From the NCBI GenBank assembly GCA_031556215.1, contig JAVBTJ010000056.1, positions 1-60,897 of the forward strand: DNA of 60,897 nt. The letters are read 5' to 3'. Position 1 is the stretch's first letter, and each line of letters opens with the position of its first letter. The notes under the pieces were generated by a model. It made no database searches. It had not been told where the DNA came from and saw only the letters and a list, made by a program, of their open reading frames with translations. Shown here one piece after another: positions 1 through 12,524 of this stretch. Made by a program: the position numbers and the translations under genes. The stretch is from Oxalobacter sp. GTDB taxonomy: Bacteria > Pseudomonadota > Gammaproteobacteria > Burkholderiales > Burkholderiaceae_D.

Positions 1-1508
1 AAGGACTTAGCGATACCGCTGAGATTCGCAATCAGGGCACGATTATCTCGGTGTCCGATGGTATTTGCCGCATTCACGGACTTTCCGATGCGATGCAGGG
101 CGAAATGCTGGAATTTCCCGGAAACACCTATGGTCTGGCGCTGAACCTTGAGCGCGATTCCGTTGGTGCTGTTATTCTGGGTGAATATGAGCATATTTCA
201 GAAGGCGACACGGTCAAATGTACCGGCCGTATTCTGGAGGTACCTGTTGGCCCGGAATTGATCGGTCGTGTCGTTGACGCGCTTGGTCAACCCATTGACG
301 GCAAAGGGCCGATCGATGCCAAGCTTTCCTCGCCTATTGAAAAAATCGCCCCCGGCGTTATTGCCCGCCAGTCTGTATCCCAACCGATGCAAACCGGCTT
401 AAAGGCAATTGACTCCATGGTACCGATTGGCCGTGGACAGCGCGAGCTGATCATTGGCGACCGCCAGACCGGCAAAACGGCTGTTGCGATTGATGCGATC
501 ATCAATCAAAAAGGCCAGGACATGATCTGTATTTATGTCGCTATCGGCCAGAAAGCCTCGTCCATCAAGAACACGGTTCGCGCACTGGAAGCACATGGCG
601 CGATGGATTACACCATCGTGGTTACTGCAACGGCATCTGAATCGGCTGCCATGCAGTATGTCTCGCCATACGCCGGTTGTGCCATGGGTGAATACTTCCG
701 CGACCGCGGACAGGACGCGCTCATCATCTATGATGACTTGTCAAAACAGGCTGTTGCCTACCGTCAGGTTTCCCTGCTGCTCCGCCGCCCACCGGGCCGT
801 GAAGCTTATCCGGGTGACGTTTTCTATCTGCACTCCCGCCTTCTTGAGCGCGGTGCACGTGTCAACGCCGAGTACGTTGAGCACTTCACCAATGGCGAAG
901 TCAAGGGTAAAACCGGTTCACTGACGGCGCTGCCGATCATTGAAACCCAGGCAGGCGACGTTTCTGCATTCGTACCGACCAACGTGATTTCCATTACCGA
1001 TGGTCAGATCTTCCTGGAAACTTCCCTCTTTAACTCGGGTATCCGTCCTGCGATTAACGCTGGTATCTCGGTTTCCCGTGTTGGTGGTGCAGCCCAGACG
1101 AATGCGGTTAAAGGCCAGTCCGGCGGTATCCGTACCGACCTGGCACAGTATCGCGAACTGGCAGCATTCTCGCAGTTTGCTTCTGACCTGGACGATGCAA
1201 CCCGCCGTCAGCTTGATCGTGGTGCCCGTGTGACCGAACTGCTCAAGCAGCCACAGTACACGCCGCTGCCGATTTCCCTGATGACGGTATCCCTGTTCAT
1301 GGTGAACTCCGGTTTCCTGGATAACATTGAAGTCAAAAACGTACTGCCTTTTGAAGCTGGCCTGCACGCTTACATGCGCACGAACCACGCAGAACTGCTC
1401 AAGCGGATTGAAGACAGCAAGCGCCTTGAAAAAGAGGATCAATCTGTCCTGTCAACGGCAATCGCTGAATACAAGCAGGACAGCGGTTTTGTGACTGCCG
1501 AGGAATGA
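1..1508 (+). CDS. atpA: F0F1 ATP synthase subunit alpha (5' end outside window)
   Basis: Walker A GDRQTGKT and the [21 protein letters not shown] signature. The frame is open from position 3 ([12 protein letters not shown]...), so the true start is upstream of the window. Confidence 0.98.
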   Translation, partial: GLSDTAEIRNQGTIISVSDGICRIHGLSDAMQGEMLEFPGNTYGLALNLERDSVGAVILGEYEHISEGDTVKCTGRILEVPVGPELIGRVVDALGQPIDGKGPIDAKLSSPIEKIAPGVIARQSVSQPMQTGLKAIDSMVPIGRGQRELIIGDRQTGKTAVAIDAIINQKGQDMICIYVAIGQKASSIKNTVRALEAHGAMDYTIVVTATASESAAMQYVSPYAGCAMGEYFRDRGQDALIIYDDLSKQAVAYRQVSLLLRRPPGREAYPGDVFYLHSRLLERGARVNAEYVEHFTNGEVKGKTGSLTALPIIETQAGDVSAFVPTNVISITDGQIFLETSLFNSGIRPAINAGISVSRVGGAAQTNAVKGQSGGIRTDLAQYRELAAFSQFASDLDDATRRQLDRGARVTELLKQPQYTPLPISLMTVSLFMVNSGFLDNIEVKNVLPFEAGLHAYMRTNHAELLKRIEDSKRLEKEDQSVLSTAIAEYKQDSGFVTAEE

Positions 1509-1539
1509 CGCGATCTTAACGCAATAAGGAGTACGCCTG

Positions 1540-2409
1540 ATGGCATCAAGTAAAGAGATACGTGGTCATATCAAGAGCGTAGAAAATACGAGAAAGATCA
1601 CCAAAGCGATGGAAATGGTGGCAGCATCCAAAATGCGCAAGGCGCAGGATCGGATGCGGGCATCCAGACCATACAGTGATATCGTTCGCAGTATTGCCGC
1701 CCACATGGCTGAAGCCAATCCGGAATACGTCCATCCTTTTACAATTCCACGGGATGGCGCAAAACGGGTTGGGTTCGTCATTGTCACAACCGATAAAGGG
1801 CTGTGCGGTGGTCTTAACACCAACATTTTGCGCATTACGACCAACCGGATGCGTACTGAAGAGGAAGCCGGCAACGAGATCGTTACGGTCGCTGTCGGAA
1901 ACAAGGGTCTCGGTTTCCTGAACCGGATCGGGGCTAAAATCCTTTCTCATGCAGTACAGCTGGGTGATGCGCCACGTCTGGATCGCCTGATTGGCCCGGT
2001 CAAGGTTTTGCTGGATGAATATGGGGCAGAAAACCTGGATGCGATTTACCTGTGCTACAACAAGTTCCTGAATACGATGAAACAGGAACCGGTAATCGAA
2101 CAGTTGCTCCCGCTTCCCAATGAAACTTTATCAACCGGCAACAAGCGTCATGCCTGGGAATACATCTACGAACCGGATGCGCCCACGGTTATTGACACGC
2201 TTTTGGTGCGTTATGTCGAAGCGCTGGTTTACCAGTCAGTCGCGGAAAACATCGCATCGGAACAGTCGGCACGGATGGTGGCAATGAAATCAGCCAGTGA
2301 TAACGCCGGTAATGTGATTTCAGAACTGAAGCTGATATACAACAAGACCCGTCAGGCGGCCATTACGACCGAGCTGACAGAGATTGTCGCTGGTGCAGCT
2401 GCAGTTTAA
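1540..2409 (+). CDS. atpG: F0F1 ATP synthase subunit gamma
   Basis: [22 protein letters not shown] and [16 protein letters not shown]; SD AAGGAG upstream; lies between atpA and atpD. Confidence 0.98.
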   Translation: MASSKEIRGHIKSVENTRKITKAMEMVAASKMRKAQDRMRASRPYSDIVRSIAAHMAEANPEYVHPFTIPRDGAKRVGFVIVTTDKGLCGGLNTNILRITTNRMRTEEEAGNEIVTVAVGNKGLGFLNRIGAKILSHAVQLGDAPRLDRLIGPVKVLLDEYGAENLDAIYLCYNKFLNTMKQEPVIEQLLPLPNETLSTGNKRHAWEYIYEPDAPTVIDTLLVRYVEALVYQSVAENIASEQSARMVAMKSASDNAGNVISELKLIYNKTRQAAITTELTEIVAGAAAV

Positions 2410-2436
2410 TCGAGTTAACAACCAGAATTTGCTTAA

Positions 2437-3846
<1,410 letters not shown>

Positions 3847-3929
3847 ATACGGTCTTCAGGGCTGTGAAAAACAGCCCTGAAAAACCGGAGACGCACAGAA
3901 ATTTTTGAACAAAGACAAAAGGTTCAAGC

Positions 3930-4355
3930 ATGGCAAACACCATACATGTCGACGTGGTTTCAGCAGAGGAGCTGATTTTTTCAGGGGATGCCGAATTTGT
4001 GGCAATTCCCGCAGAAATGGGTGAAATCGGTATTTTACCCATGCATGCGCCGCTGATTACCCGTATCAGACCGGGTGCTGTCCGTATTAAAAGGCCGAAT
4101 CATGCTGAAGAAGAGTATGTTTTTGTTGCCGGCGGCATACTTGAAGTGCAGCCTTATGCTGTCACTGTCCTGGCTGACACCGCCATCCGTGGCCGGGATC
4201 TGGATGAGGCAAAAGCGCGTGAGGCCAAACAGCAGGCAGAAGATGCCCTGCAGAATCAATCCTCCAATATCGACTATGCCAAAGCGCAGGCAGAAATTGC
4301 CATGGCAATGGCACAGCTGTCACTGATTCAGAAATTGCGCCAGCAACGCCATTAA
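3930..4355 (+). CDS. atpC: F0F1 ATP synthase subunit epsilon
   Basis: [14 protein letters not shown] and [10 protein letters not shown]; last gene of the atp operon. Confidence 0.97.
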   Translation: MANTIHVDVVSAEELIFSGDAEFVAIPAEMGEIGILPMHAPLITRIRPGAVRIKRPNHAEEEYVFVAGGILEVQPYAVTVLADTAIRGRDLDEAKAREAKQQAEDALQNQSSNIDYAKAQAEIAMAMAQLSLIQKLRQQRH

Positions 4356-4371
4356 AACGGGCTTTACCCAC

Positions 4372-4404
4372 AAAAAAGCAGCTTGGAAACAAGCTGCTTT
4401 TTTT
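4372..4404. terminator. Bidirectional intrinsic terminator between convergent atpC and argB
   Basis: AAAAAAGCAGCTT-ggaaac-AAGCTGCTTTTTT: a perfect stem with A and T tracts on both sides. Confidence 0.9.
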
Positions 4405-4418
4405 ATTTCAACGGCTCC

Positions 4419-5300
4419 TTAACCGGGGCGGATCATCGTGCCAAAAGGCTGCTCCGTCAATATTTCCAGAAGCAGGGAATGGGCTATGCGGCCATCAATC
4501 ACGTGCACCGCCTTGACGCCGGATTTTGCCGCATCCAGTGCAGACGAGATTTTGGGCATCATGCCGCCTGAAATCGTGCCATCGGCAAAGAGCGCATCAA
4601 TTTCGGAAGCCGTCAAATCCGGCAGCAGCTTGTTGTTCTTGTCGAGCACCCCGGAGGTATTGGTCATCATAATCAGTTTTTCCGCCTGGAGTATCTTGGC
4701 AATTTCGCCTGCAACCAGGTCGGCATTGATATTGTATGCCTGCCCCTCATCGCTGAACCCGATTGGTGAAATGACCGGGATAAAGGCATCGTCCTGCAGC
4801 GCCTTGACCACCGCCGGGTTGATTTCGCTGATTTCCCCGACAAAGCCCAGGTCAACGAACTTGCCCGGATTGTCCGCATCCGGCATCTGCATTTTCCGCG
4901 CGTGGATCAGGCCGCCATCCTTGCCGGTCAGCCCGACAGCCTGGCCGCCATACTGGTTAATCAGCATGACAATATCCTGCTGGACTTCGCCACCGAGAAC
5001 CCACTCGACAACCTCCATTGTCTCTTCATCGGTAATACGCATGCCCTGGATGAAGGTTCCGCTTTTGCCGATTTTCCGCAGCGCATTGTCAATTTGCGGC
5101 CCGCCGCCATGCACCACCACCGGGTTCATGCCGACCAGTTTCAGCAAGACGATGTCGCGGGCAAAGCCCTGCTTGAGTTTTTCTTCCACCATCGCATTGC
5201 CGCCGTATTTGACGACGATGGTTTTGCCATGAAATTTCTGTATGTAAGGCAGGGCCTCGGCAAGTATTTCCGCTTTGACAAGAGGGGAAAGGTCGGTCAT
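4419..5300 (-). CDS. argB: Acetylglutamate kinase
   Basis: [23 protein letters not shown] and GGMMPK motifs. Confidence 0.97.
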   Translation of the reverse strand: MTDLSPLVKAEILAEALPYIQKFHGKTIVVKYGGNAMVEEKLKQGFARDIVLLKLVGMNPVVVHGGGPQIDNALRKIGKSGTFIQGMRITDEETMEVVEWVLGGEVQQDIVMLINQYGGQAVGLTGKDGGLIHARKMQMPDADNPGKFVDLGFVGEISEINPAVVKALQDDAFIPVISPIGFSDEGQAYNINADLVAGEIAKILQAEKLIMMTNTSGVLDKNNKLLPDLTASEIDALFADGTISGGMMPKISSALDAAKSGVKAVHVIDGRIAHSLLLEILTEQPFGTMIRPG

Positions 5301-5347
5301 TTCAGATCCTTATCAGTAAACCTGCCAGACAAAGAACCGCATACAGG

Positions 5348-6115
5348 CTATGCCTGCTTTGGCGGAGAGGGTTTCCCGAACAGGTAAATATACATGGAAT
5401 AAAACGAACAATATACCAGAACTGCCACCACCATCAGTACAGAAAACGTGATGAAAAGACCGATATTTTTTCCCAGCATAATCATGATGAGCGTATTGAC
5501 CAGCATGGGAAGCAGAAAACCAAAAAGCGCCAGTCCCAGCAAATAGACAATGAACGCTTTCCAGGTGCGGATGATCGTGAAGAAATTGTAAAAGAGGGAC
5601 TGTCCCAGCGGCATGTTTTTCCAGGCAATCAGCGGAGCGACAAACCAGAAAAACAGGAGGGCAAAAAACTGCAGGAGAGCCGCAACCATGAAGGCCTGCT
5701 TGAATTTCGATTCAAGCAGGAATTTCACTTCAAATTGCTCTCCGCCCATCGCACGCATGAAGATACCGCCATCGACAAAGCGGGAGAGGTAAACGGCAAT
5801 CACGGCAGCCAGAAAATACAGGCCGCCCAGTATCAGTAGGCGAAACAGCACGGACTTGCTGAAAACCGCAAACAGGCTGGAAATGCTGAATGGCTTTTCT
5901 TCAGCCGCATCGTGGATCGCCTGCAAAAAGAAGATGGCAAAACAGGGGGCAATCAGCGGAGGGAGTATTGCGCCGACCAGCGGGAGTGAGCCGATAATCA
6001 TCAGCGCAAGGAAATAGGCAATAAAGAGATTGGTCAGCAAAAAAGGGCGTTTCCGGAAAAGCTGGAAACCCTCCCTGATCCAGGCCAGGCCCATTTTTGC
6101 ATCAATCGTTTTCAT
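5348..6115 (-). CDS. BPSS1780-family integral membrane protein
   Basis: N-terminal '[16 protein letters not shown]' and several TM segments; overlaps the thrB stop by 4 nt, a typical Burkholderiales context. Confidence 0.75.
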   Translation of the reverse strand: MKTIDAKMGLAWIREGFQLFRKRPFLLTNLFIAYFLALMIIGSLPLVGAILPPLIAPCFAIFFLQAIHDAAEEKPFSISSLFAVFSKSVLFRLLILGGLYFLAAVIAVYLSRFVDGGIFMRAMGGEQFEVKFLLESKFKQAFMVAALLQFFALLFFWFVAPLIAWKNMPLGQSLFYNFFTIIRTWKAFIVYLLGLALFGFLLPMLVNTLIMIMLGKNIGLFITFSVLMVVAVLVYCSFYSMYIYLFGKPSPPKQA

Positions 6116-7071
6116 ACCGGAAAAAAGGGTGCCGCATCGGCTGCACGCAATCGCAAAATTCGTTCAAAGTGGGAAGGATCATGCGGCGTCAGCATTTCGG
6201 CTTCCCGAGGCAGGTAAAAATCATATAACCGCGACAGCCAGAAACGCAACGCAGCCGCCCGTAATGTGGTCTGCCAGGCCTTTTTCTCATCCCCGGTAAA
6301 AGGGCGTGCGACCTGATAGGCACACAGAAACGCGCCCAGGCGCTCCTGGTCAAACTCGCCGGTATCCAGCCGGATACACCAGTCATTGACGGCAACCGCC
6401 ACGTCAAAAAGCCAGGTATCATTCCCGGCAAAATAGAAATCAAAGAACCCGGAAAGCGTTTCTCCGTCAAACATGACATTATTGCGGAACAACTCGGCAT
6501 GTACCGGGCCGGATGGCAGGCGGCGGCAAATATCCGTGCGGGAAAAGGCATCCTGCAGGGAGACCTCTTCCCTGAGGAAGGCCGCATTGTCTTCCGGGAG
6601 GAACTCCTCTACCTGGGGCAGGGTTTCCCGCCACCAGGAAAGCCCGCGCAAATTGGGCTGGTGACAGGGGTAATCTTTTCCGGCCAGATGCATCCTTGCC
6701 ATCATTTCCCCGACCTGCGCACAATGACGCGGCTCCGGATGTTCCTTCCAGTTCCCGTTAAGCCGGGTTACCAGACTGGCGGGTTTCCCGCAGAGCGCCC
6801 CCAGGATATGGCCTTCCCGGTCGGGAATGGGGCTGGCAACCCGGATATCCCGCCCTGCCAAGTGGTACATCAGATTCAGGTAATACGGGAGCTGTTCTGC
6901 CGTCAGCTTTTCAAAGAGAGTGAGTACATACTCTCCCTTATCCGTTGTTACAAAAAAATTACTGTTTTCGATGCCGGAACTGATCCCCCGGATCTCCCGC
7001 GCCTGCCCGACATCATACCGGGACAGCCACGGAGCCAGTTCTTGCATGCTGACAGGAGTAAAAACAGCCAT
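6112..7071 (-). CDS. thrB: Homoserine kinase, type II (APH/choline kinase fold)
   Basis: [27 protein letters not shown] and [10 protein letters not shown]; the catalytic loop reads HAELFRNN (see findings). Confidence 0.93.
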   Translation of the reverse strand: MAVFTPVSMQELAPWLSRYDVGQAREIRGISSGIENSNFFVTTDKGEYVLTLFEKLTAEQLPYYLNLMYHLAGRDIRVASPIPDREGHILGALCGKPASLVTRLNGNWKEHPEPRHCAQVGEMMARMHLAGKDYPCHQPNLRGLSWWRETLPQVEEFLPEDNAAFLREEVSLQDAFSRTDICRRLPSGPVHAELFRNNVMFDGETLSGFFDFYFAGNDTWLFDVAVAVNDWCIRLDTGEFDQERLGAFLCAYQVARPFTGDEKKAWQTTLRAAALRFWLSRLYDFYLPREAEMLTPHDPSHFERILRLRAADAAPFFPV

Positions 7072-7106
7072 TGGGAATCCGGTTTCAGACCAAAACGAAA
7101 ATCCTG

Positions 7107-7538
7107 TTATTTGGATGTCGGCGGTGCTGGCGCATCGCTGGTGTAGTCCACGCCGTCCTCCGTTTCGCTGCCGCCTTGATCCGGACGCTGGCCTGTCATG
7201 TCAAATTCATGAACCCGCCACATGGCCGGGCGATTTTTGGAAGTAATATCGTCAAACGATCCGCCCAGGGGCTGGTTCGGATAGAGGTAGTACGTGCTGA
7301 CCCCCGTTTGAACCTTGATTTCCCTGACCTCGCCATTTTCCCGGCGTTCCGTAATTTCCCGGGTGGCATCGGGCTTGCGAATGGTAATCGTCGGCTGTTC
7401 GACTTCGTCTATCAGTTCAAGATCTTCTTTCTGCGGCGCGTTTTTATTCGCATTCTGCGCCATCGCGAAAGGCATGGCCGCAAAGGCGGCACAAAATAAA
7501 CATAACCTGAAATCTGAAATTATTCGCATGACCGTCAC
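7107..7538 (-). CDS. Small exported protein, DUF2782-like
   Basis: Signal peptide ending AMA; '[16 protein letters not shown]...STYYL' and 'PAMWRVHEF'; sits between the LOG-family gene and thrB as in other Burkholderiales. Confidence 0.65.
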   Translation of the reverse strand: MTVMRIISDFRLCLFCAAFAAMPFAMAQNANKNAPQKEDLELIDEVEQPTITIRKPDATREITERRENGEVREIKVQTGVSTYYLYPNQPLGGSFDDITSKNRPAMWRVHEFDMTGQRPDQGGSETEDGVDYTSDAPAPPTSK

Positions 7539-7612
7539 ATGGTTGGATAGATGATGGTGCTATTGTAACAAAGGAAGCGCGGATTAAACGCCTGTCTGAT
7601 GATACCGGTTTA

Positions 7613-8359
7613 CTACAGGTACATCATTTTCCGCTTTTCTTCCTCGGAAGGGCCGGTTGGGCGCAATTCATAGAAATTGAAGATTTCTTCGATAATCTTG
7701 TCCGTTTCATCAATCACTTTCATCAGATCCACATCTTCCGGGGAAAGCGTGCCATAGGCAATCAGGACATTTTTGAGCCAGTCGAGAAAACCGTTCCAGA
7801 AATCAGACCCGACGAGAATGATGGGAATCCGGCGCGACTTTTCTGTCTGGATGAGCGTAAGCACTTCGCAAAGTTCGTCAAGCGTGCCAAAACCACCCGG
7901 GAAAAGCACGTAGGCATCCGCATATTTGGCAAAAGCCACCTTGCGCGGGAAAAAGTGGCGATAGTTGAGCGAGATATTCTGCCAGCGATTGGGGGTCTGC
8001 TCGAAAGGAAGGTCAATATTCAAACCGATCGACAACGATTTGCCTTCAAAGGCACCACGGTTTGCCGCCGCCATGATGCCGGGGCCGCCGCCGGAAATCA
8101 CGGCAAACCCGGCATCAGACAGGCGCCGGGAGACCTCCATGCACTGGATATAGTAGGGATTGTCCGGGTGAATGCGCGCCGAACCGAATACCGTCACGGC
8201 CGGATTCACCTCTGAGAGAAGTTCCGTAGTCTCGATAAACTCTGACATAATGGAGAATACGCTCCAGGACTCGCGCGCCTTTAAAAAGGTAGCGACGCGA
8301 ACATCTTCCACTTCGCGCAGCTTGATAATGCTTTTTACATTTTTCTCGTCTTTGCTCAT
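7613..8359 (-). CDS. LOG/TIGR00730-family Rossmann-fold protein (nucleotide monophosphate nucleosidase-like)
   Basis: VFGSAR, SGGGPGIM and PGGFGTLDE motifs. Confidence 0.92.
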   Translation of the reverse strand: MSKDEKNVKSIIKLREVEDVRVATFLKARESWSVFSIMSEFIETTELLSEVNPAVTVFGSARIHPDNPYYIQCMEVSRRLSDAGFAVISGGGPGIMAAANRGAFEGKSLSIGLNIDLPFEQTPNRWQNISLNYRHFFPRKVAFAKYADAYVLFPGGFGTLDELCEVLTLIQTEKSRRIPIILVGSDFWNGFLDWLKNVLIAYGTLSPEDVDLMKVIDETDKIIEEIFNFYELRPTGPSEEEKRKMMYL

Positions 8360-11101
8360 ATGAAAAAAATTCTGTTATTGGTAGACGGCTCCAGCTTTCT
8401 TTACCGGGCATATTATGCCCTGCCGGATCTGCGCAGCCCTGCTGGAGAACCCACCGGCGCGATTTACGGAATCCTGAATATGCTGCGGCGCCTGGACAGG
8501 GATTATCCCCTAGCATATCTCACCTGCGTTTTTGATGCAAAGGGGAAAACCTTCCGCGATGCGCTTTATCCTGATTACAAGGCAAACCGCTCTGCCATGC
8601 CGGATGATCTCGCCAGCCAGGTCGCGCCCATTCATGAAGCTATCGGGCTTTTGGGCTGGCCGATTTTATCGGTTGAAGGCATCGAGGCAGATGACGCCAT
8701 TGGCACGCTCGCCCGGCAGGCGCACGAACAGGGATTCGAAACCATCATTGCGACCGCAGACAAGGACATGGCACAGCTTGTCAATGACAGCGTAACGCTG
8801 GTCAACACCATGAGCAATGAAACGCTGGATCACGAAGGCATTGAAAAAAAATTCGGCATCCCGCCCCAATCCATCATTGATTATCTCTCCCTGATCGGCG
8901 ATACATCGGACAATATTCCGGGCGTTCCCAAAGTGGGGCCAAAAACCGCGCTGAAATGGCTGGCGCAATATGGCTCGCTCGACAACATCCTGGCGCATCA
9001 GGAGGAAATCAAGGGTGCCGTGGGAGAAAACCTGCGCCAGTCTGCCGACTGGCTTCCGATGGCCCGCCAGTTGATTACCATTCGGACTGACTGCGACCTG
9101 GGAACACAAATCCATTCGATTGAAACGGCATTTACCCGCAAACCTGCCGATACCGAAGGCCTGAAAGCCCTCTTTGAACGATATGGTTTCAAAGCCTGGC
9201 TAAGGGAAGCCAGCCCCGTCGTTGCCATCCCCAAACCGGCATCTGCCGGGCAAAGCCCGCTTTTTGAAACGCCCGAACCCAAACCGGCGCCGACTGAGAC
9301 GCATTATGAAACCATCCTGACCGCATCTGCGCTTGACCAATGGCTTGAGCGCATCTCTACAGCGGAAATCACGGCGCTCGATACGGAAACAACCTCCCTT
9401 GACCCGATGCAGGCGCAACTGGTCGGCATTTCCCTCTGCGTCAAACCCGGCCATGCGGCCTATATCCCGATTGCACATGATTATCCGGGCGTCCCGCCGC
9501 AACTGGTGCGCAGCGATGTCCTGGAAAAACTGAAGCCCTGGCTTGAAAATCCGCTGAAAAAGAAGGTCGGGCAAAACATGAAATATGATTGCCATATCTT
9601 TGCCAGCCAGGGTATTTCCCTTCAGGGTATTGCGCATGACACCCTGCTGGAGTCCTATGTGCTGGAATCGCACCGGCGGCACGACATGGGCAGCTTGGCG
9701 CTGCGGATACTGAACCGGAAAACCCTCTCTTACGAGGAAGTCTGCGGCAAAGGGGCATCACAGATCGGCTTTGCCGAAGTCGATATTGCCAGGGCCACGG
9801 AATATGCCGCCGAAGACGCGGATATCACCCTGCAGCTTCATGAAGCCATGTGGCCTTCTGTCCGGCAGGACAAAAAGCTGGCTTTCATCTATGAAAATAT
9901 TGAATTGCCGACCGAAGTCGTCCTGCAGAAAATCGAGCGGCATGGCGTTCTTGTCGATGCCGCTCTCCTGGCGCACCAGTCTGGCGAACTGGGCGAAAAA
10001 ATGGCGGTGCTCGAGAAAAAAGCCTATGAAGCGGCAGAAGAACCCTTCAACCTGAATTCCCCCAAACAACTGGGTGAAATTCTCTTCGACAAGCTGAAAC
10101 TGCCCGTTGTCAAAAAAACGCCTTCCGGCACGCCCTCAACCAACGAGGAAGTGCTGCAAAAGCTGGCTGAAGATTATCCGCTCCCGCAGATCATCCTTGA
10201 ATACCGGGGCATGGCCAAGCTGAAGTCAACCTATACGGATAAACTCCCCCGCATGGTCAATCCGGCAACACACCGGGTTCACACCAATTTTGCCCAGGCC
10301 GTTGCCGTGACCGGACGGCTGGCATCCAGCGACCCCAACCTGCAGAATATTCCGATCCGGACAAAAGAAGGACGGCGCATCCGCGAAGCCTTTATTGCCC
10401 CGCCGGGCCATAAAATCGTCTCGGCGGACTATTCCCAGATCGAATTGCGCATCATGGCGCACATGTCCGAAGACGCCGGACTGATCCGCGCCTTTGCCAA
10501 CGGCGAGGATATCCACCGCGCCACCGCATCGGAAATTTTTGAAATCACGCCGCTGGAAGTCTCATCCGAACAGCGCCGCCATGCCAAAGTCATCAATTTC
10601 GGGCTGATCTACGGCATGAGCGCCTTCGGCCTTGCGGGCAACCTGGGAATCGGGCGCCATGCCGCGCAGGATTATATCGACCGTTATTTCCAGCGTTATC
10701 CGGGTGTCGCCCGCTATATGGAAAACATCCGGCAAGCAGCCCGCGAAAACGGCTACGTTGAGACGGTTTTCGGCAGGCGGCTGTGGCTACCGGAGATCAA
10801 TTCCCCCAATGGCCCAAGACGCCAGGCCGCCGAGCGTGCCGCCATCAATGCGCCCATGCAGGGAACCGCAGCCGACATCATCAAGCTTTCGATGATTGCC
10901 GTCCAGGACTGGCTGGAAAAAGAAAAACTGGCCTCCCGCCTTATCCTGCAAGTGCATGACGAACTGGTACTGGAAGTCCCGGAAAACGAACTGGAAAAAA
11001 TACGGCAGCACCTGCCGGAACTGATGGGGCAGGTAACCAGGCTGAAAGTCCCCCTGATTGCCGACGTCGGGGCAGGCAATAACTGGGATGAGGCACATTA
11101 A
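8360..11101 (+). CDS. polA: DNA polymerase I
   Basis: 5'-3' exonuclease (LVDGSS, EADD, GDTSDNIPGV), 3'-5' exonuclease (DTET), and polymerase motifs ADYSQIELR, KVINFGLIYG, QVHDEL. Confidence 0.99.
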   Translation: MKKILLLVDGSSFLYRAYYALPDLRSPAGEPTGAIYGILNMLRRLDRDYPLAYLTCVFDAKGKTFRDALYPDYKANRSAMPDDLASQVAPIHEAIGLLGWPILSVEGIEADDAIGTLARQAHEQGFETIIATADKDMAQLVNDSVTLVNTMSNETLDHEGIEKKFGIPPQSIIDYLSLIGDTSDNIPGVPKVGPKTALKWLAQYGSLDNILAHQEEIKGAVGENLRQSADWLPMARQLITIRTDCDLGTQIHSIETAFTRKPADTEGLKALFERYGFKAWLREASPVVAIPKPASAGQSPLFETPEPKPAPTETHYETILTASALDQWLERISTAEITALDTETTSLDPMQAQLVGISLCVKPGHAAYIPIAHDYPGVPPQLVRSDVLEKLKPWLENPLKKKVGQNMKYDCHIFASQGISLQGIAHDTLLESYVLESHRRHDMGSLALRILNRKTLSYEEVCGKGASQIGFAEVDIARATEYAAEDADITLQLHEAMWPSVRQDKKLAFIYENIELPTEVVLQKIERHGVLVDAALLAHQSGELGEKMAVLEKKAYEAAEEPFNLNSPKQLGEILFDKLKLPVVKKTPSGTPSTNEEVLQKLAEDYPLPQIILEYRGMAKLKSTYTDKLPRMVNPATHRVHTNFAQAVAVTGRLASSDPNLQNIPIRTKEGRRIREAFIAPPGHKIVSADYSQIELRIMAHMSEDAGLIRAFANGEDIHRATASEIFEITPLEVSSEQRRHAKVINFGLIYGMSAFGLAGNLGIGRHAAQDYIDRYFQRYPGVARYMENIRQAARENGYVETVFGRRLWLPEINSPNGPRRQAAERAAINAPMQGTAADIIKLSMIAVQDWLEKEKLASRLILQVHDELVLEVPENELEKIRQHLPELMGQVTRLKVPLIADVGAGNNWDEAH

Positions 11102-11123
11102 GGAACCTCAGGTAAATGGGCTT

Positions 11124-12086
11124 TTATTGTCCCTTTCCCTCATCCATTTGAGCCGCCCGCATCAACCGTTTTTTCGCTTCCTGAAAAGCCGCTGATGTCT
11201 CGGCCATACGATGCCGGACATCAAAAAAGGTGGTGGCAATACCGCTTCCCATGATAATGGCAATTCCCAGCCAGCCATAAAAACCCAGCGCATCGTCCCA
11301 GATCAGGACTCCCCAGGCACTGGAAAAAACGATGCCGGTATACTGGAGATTGGCGGTTACCAGCGTCTTGCCCAAATGATAGGCACGCGTCATGGCAACC
11401 TGCGCAACCGCAGCGGTAATGCCAATGACCGTCAGCAGGGAAAAGCCTTTCCAGTCATGCGAATGCCATATAATTCCATCGCTTCCGGGCAAGTAAGCGC
11501 TTACAATACACGCCAATGCCGCACAGATGGCGCCAATGGTGCAGAAGTAAAAAACTACCCTGTACTCCGGCTCGCCCAATTCGCCAAGACGCCGCACCTG
11601 CAAATATGCCAGTGCCGCCAGCGCACCGGAAATAAGGCCAATGACACCCACCTCCCACTGGTCGGCATGGATGGTGGGGCGAAGCAACAGGGCCACGCCG
11701 ATAAAGCTGGCCAGAATGGCAAACACCAGCCGCCACTCAAACCCAATTTTGCGGCGCCAGAGTCCAATAAGGAAAAGAAAGGCCGCAATCCAGATCGGCG
11801 ACATGTAGTTCAGCGTCACCGCAGTGGCAAGCGGAAGAAAGACCATGGCATAAAACCACAGGCCATGCGCGGTAACACCGATGACACTCCGCCATAAATG
11901 CTCCCGGAAAAAGGCCGTCCGGAAGGTGCCTTTTTTGCCCAGTACGACAAAAAACATGAAAACCGCCCCGATAAGGCTGCGGTACATGACAATTTCGGGA
12001 GTCGAATAAGTCCCGGACAACAGCTTGACGCAAACACCCATGATGGAAAACAGGAGTGCCGCAAATATCATCCAGAGAGATTGCAT
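11124..12086 (-). CDS. DMT/EamA-family transporter
   Basis: About 10 hydrophobic segments in two EamA-like repeats (PLATAVTLNYMSP; TANLQYTGIVF). Confidence 0.88.
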   Translation of the reverse strand: MQSLWMIFAALLFSIMGVCVKLLSGTYSTPEIVMYRSLIGAVFMFFVVLGKKGTFRTAFFREHLWRSVIGVTAHGLWFYAMVFLPLATAVTLNYMSPIWIAAFLFLIGLWRRKIGFEWRLVFAILASFIGVALLLRPTIHADQWEVGVIGLISGALAALAYLQVRRLGELGEPEYRVVFYFCTIGAICAALACIVSAYLPGSDGIIWHSHDWKGFSLLTVIGITAAVAQVAMTRAYHLGKTLVTANLQYTGIVFSSAWGVLIWDDALGFYGWLGIAIIMGSGIATTFFDVRHRMAETSAAFQEAKKRLMRAAQMDEGKGQ

Positions 12087-12263
12087 GAAACGATTTCTTT
12101 AATATGTCCGCGCCGGTGACGTTATATTATGACGCTGAAAGGGCACTGGAATCATGGGATTAAACGAAGCTGGCGTATAATAGTGGGCTTCCGCGTTCAT
12201 TTTGGATACGCGGGCAGATGTATGATTTTACACCTGCTTAGGAACCGCTGATGGATCGCTTTT

Positions 12264-12524
12264 ATGTCTGAGAACACCGAAAAAAAGACTGACAACGCCA
12301 GGATCGAATCCTTTGAATCCGCCATGACGGAGTTAAACCGCCTCGTTGCCCAGCTCGAAGAAGGGGAACTCCCTCTTGAGACCTCGATCACCTCTTACCA
12401 GCGTGGTGTGGAACTGGTACGGTATTGCACGGCCCAACTGGAAAAAGTCGACCGGCAAATCGAAGTGCTGGACAAGGAAATGCTCAAACCCTTTTTGCCG
12501 GACAACACAACGGAAGGTAAATGA
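12264..12524 (+). CDS. xseB: Exodeoxyribonuclease VII small subunit
   Basis: SFESAMTELNRLVAQLEEGELPLE...YQRG; first gene of xseB-ispA-dxs. Confidence 0.95.
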   Translation: MSENTEKKTDNARIESFESAMTELNRLVAQLEEGELPLETSITSYQRGVELVRYCTAQLEKVDRQIEVLDKEMLKPFLPDNTTEGK

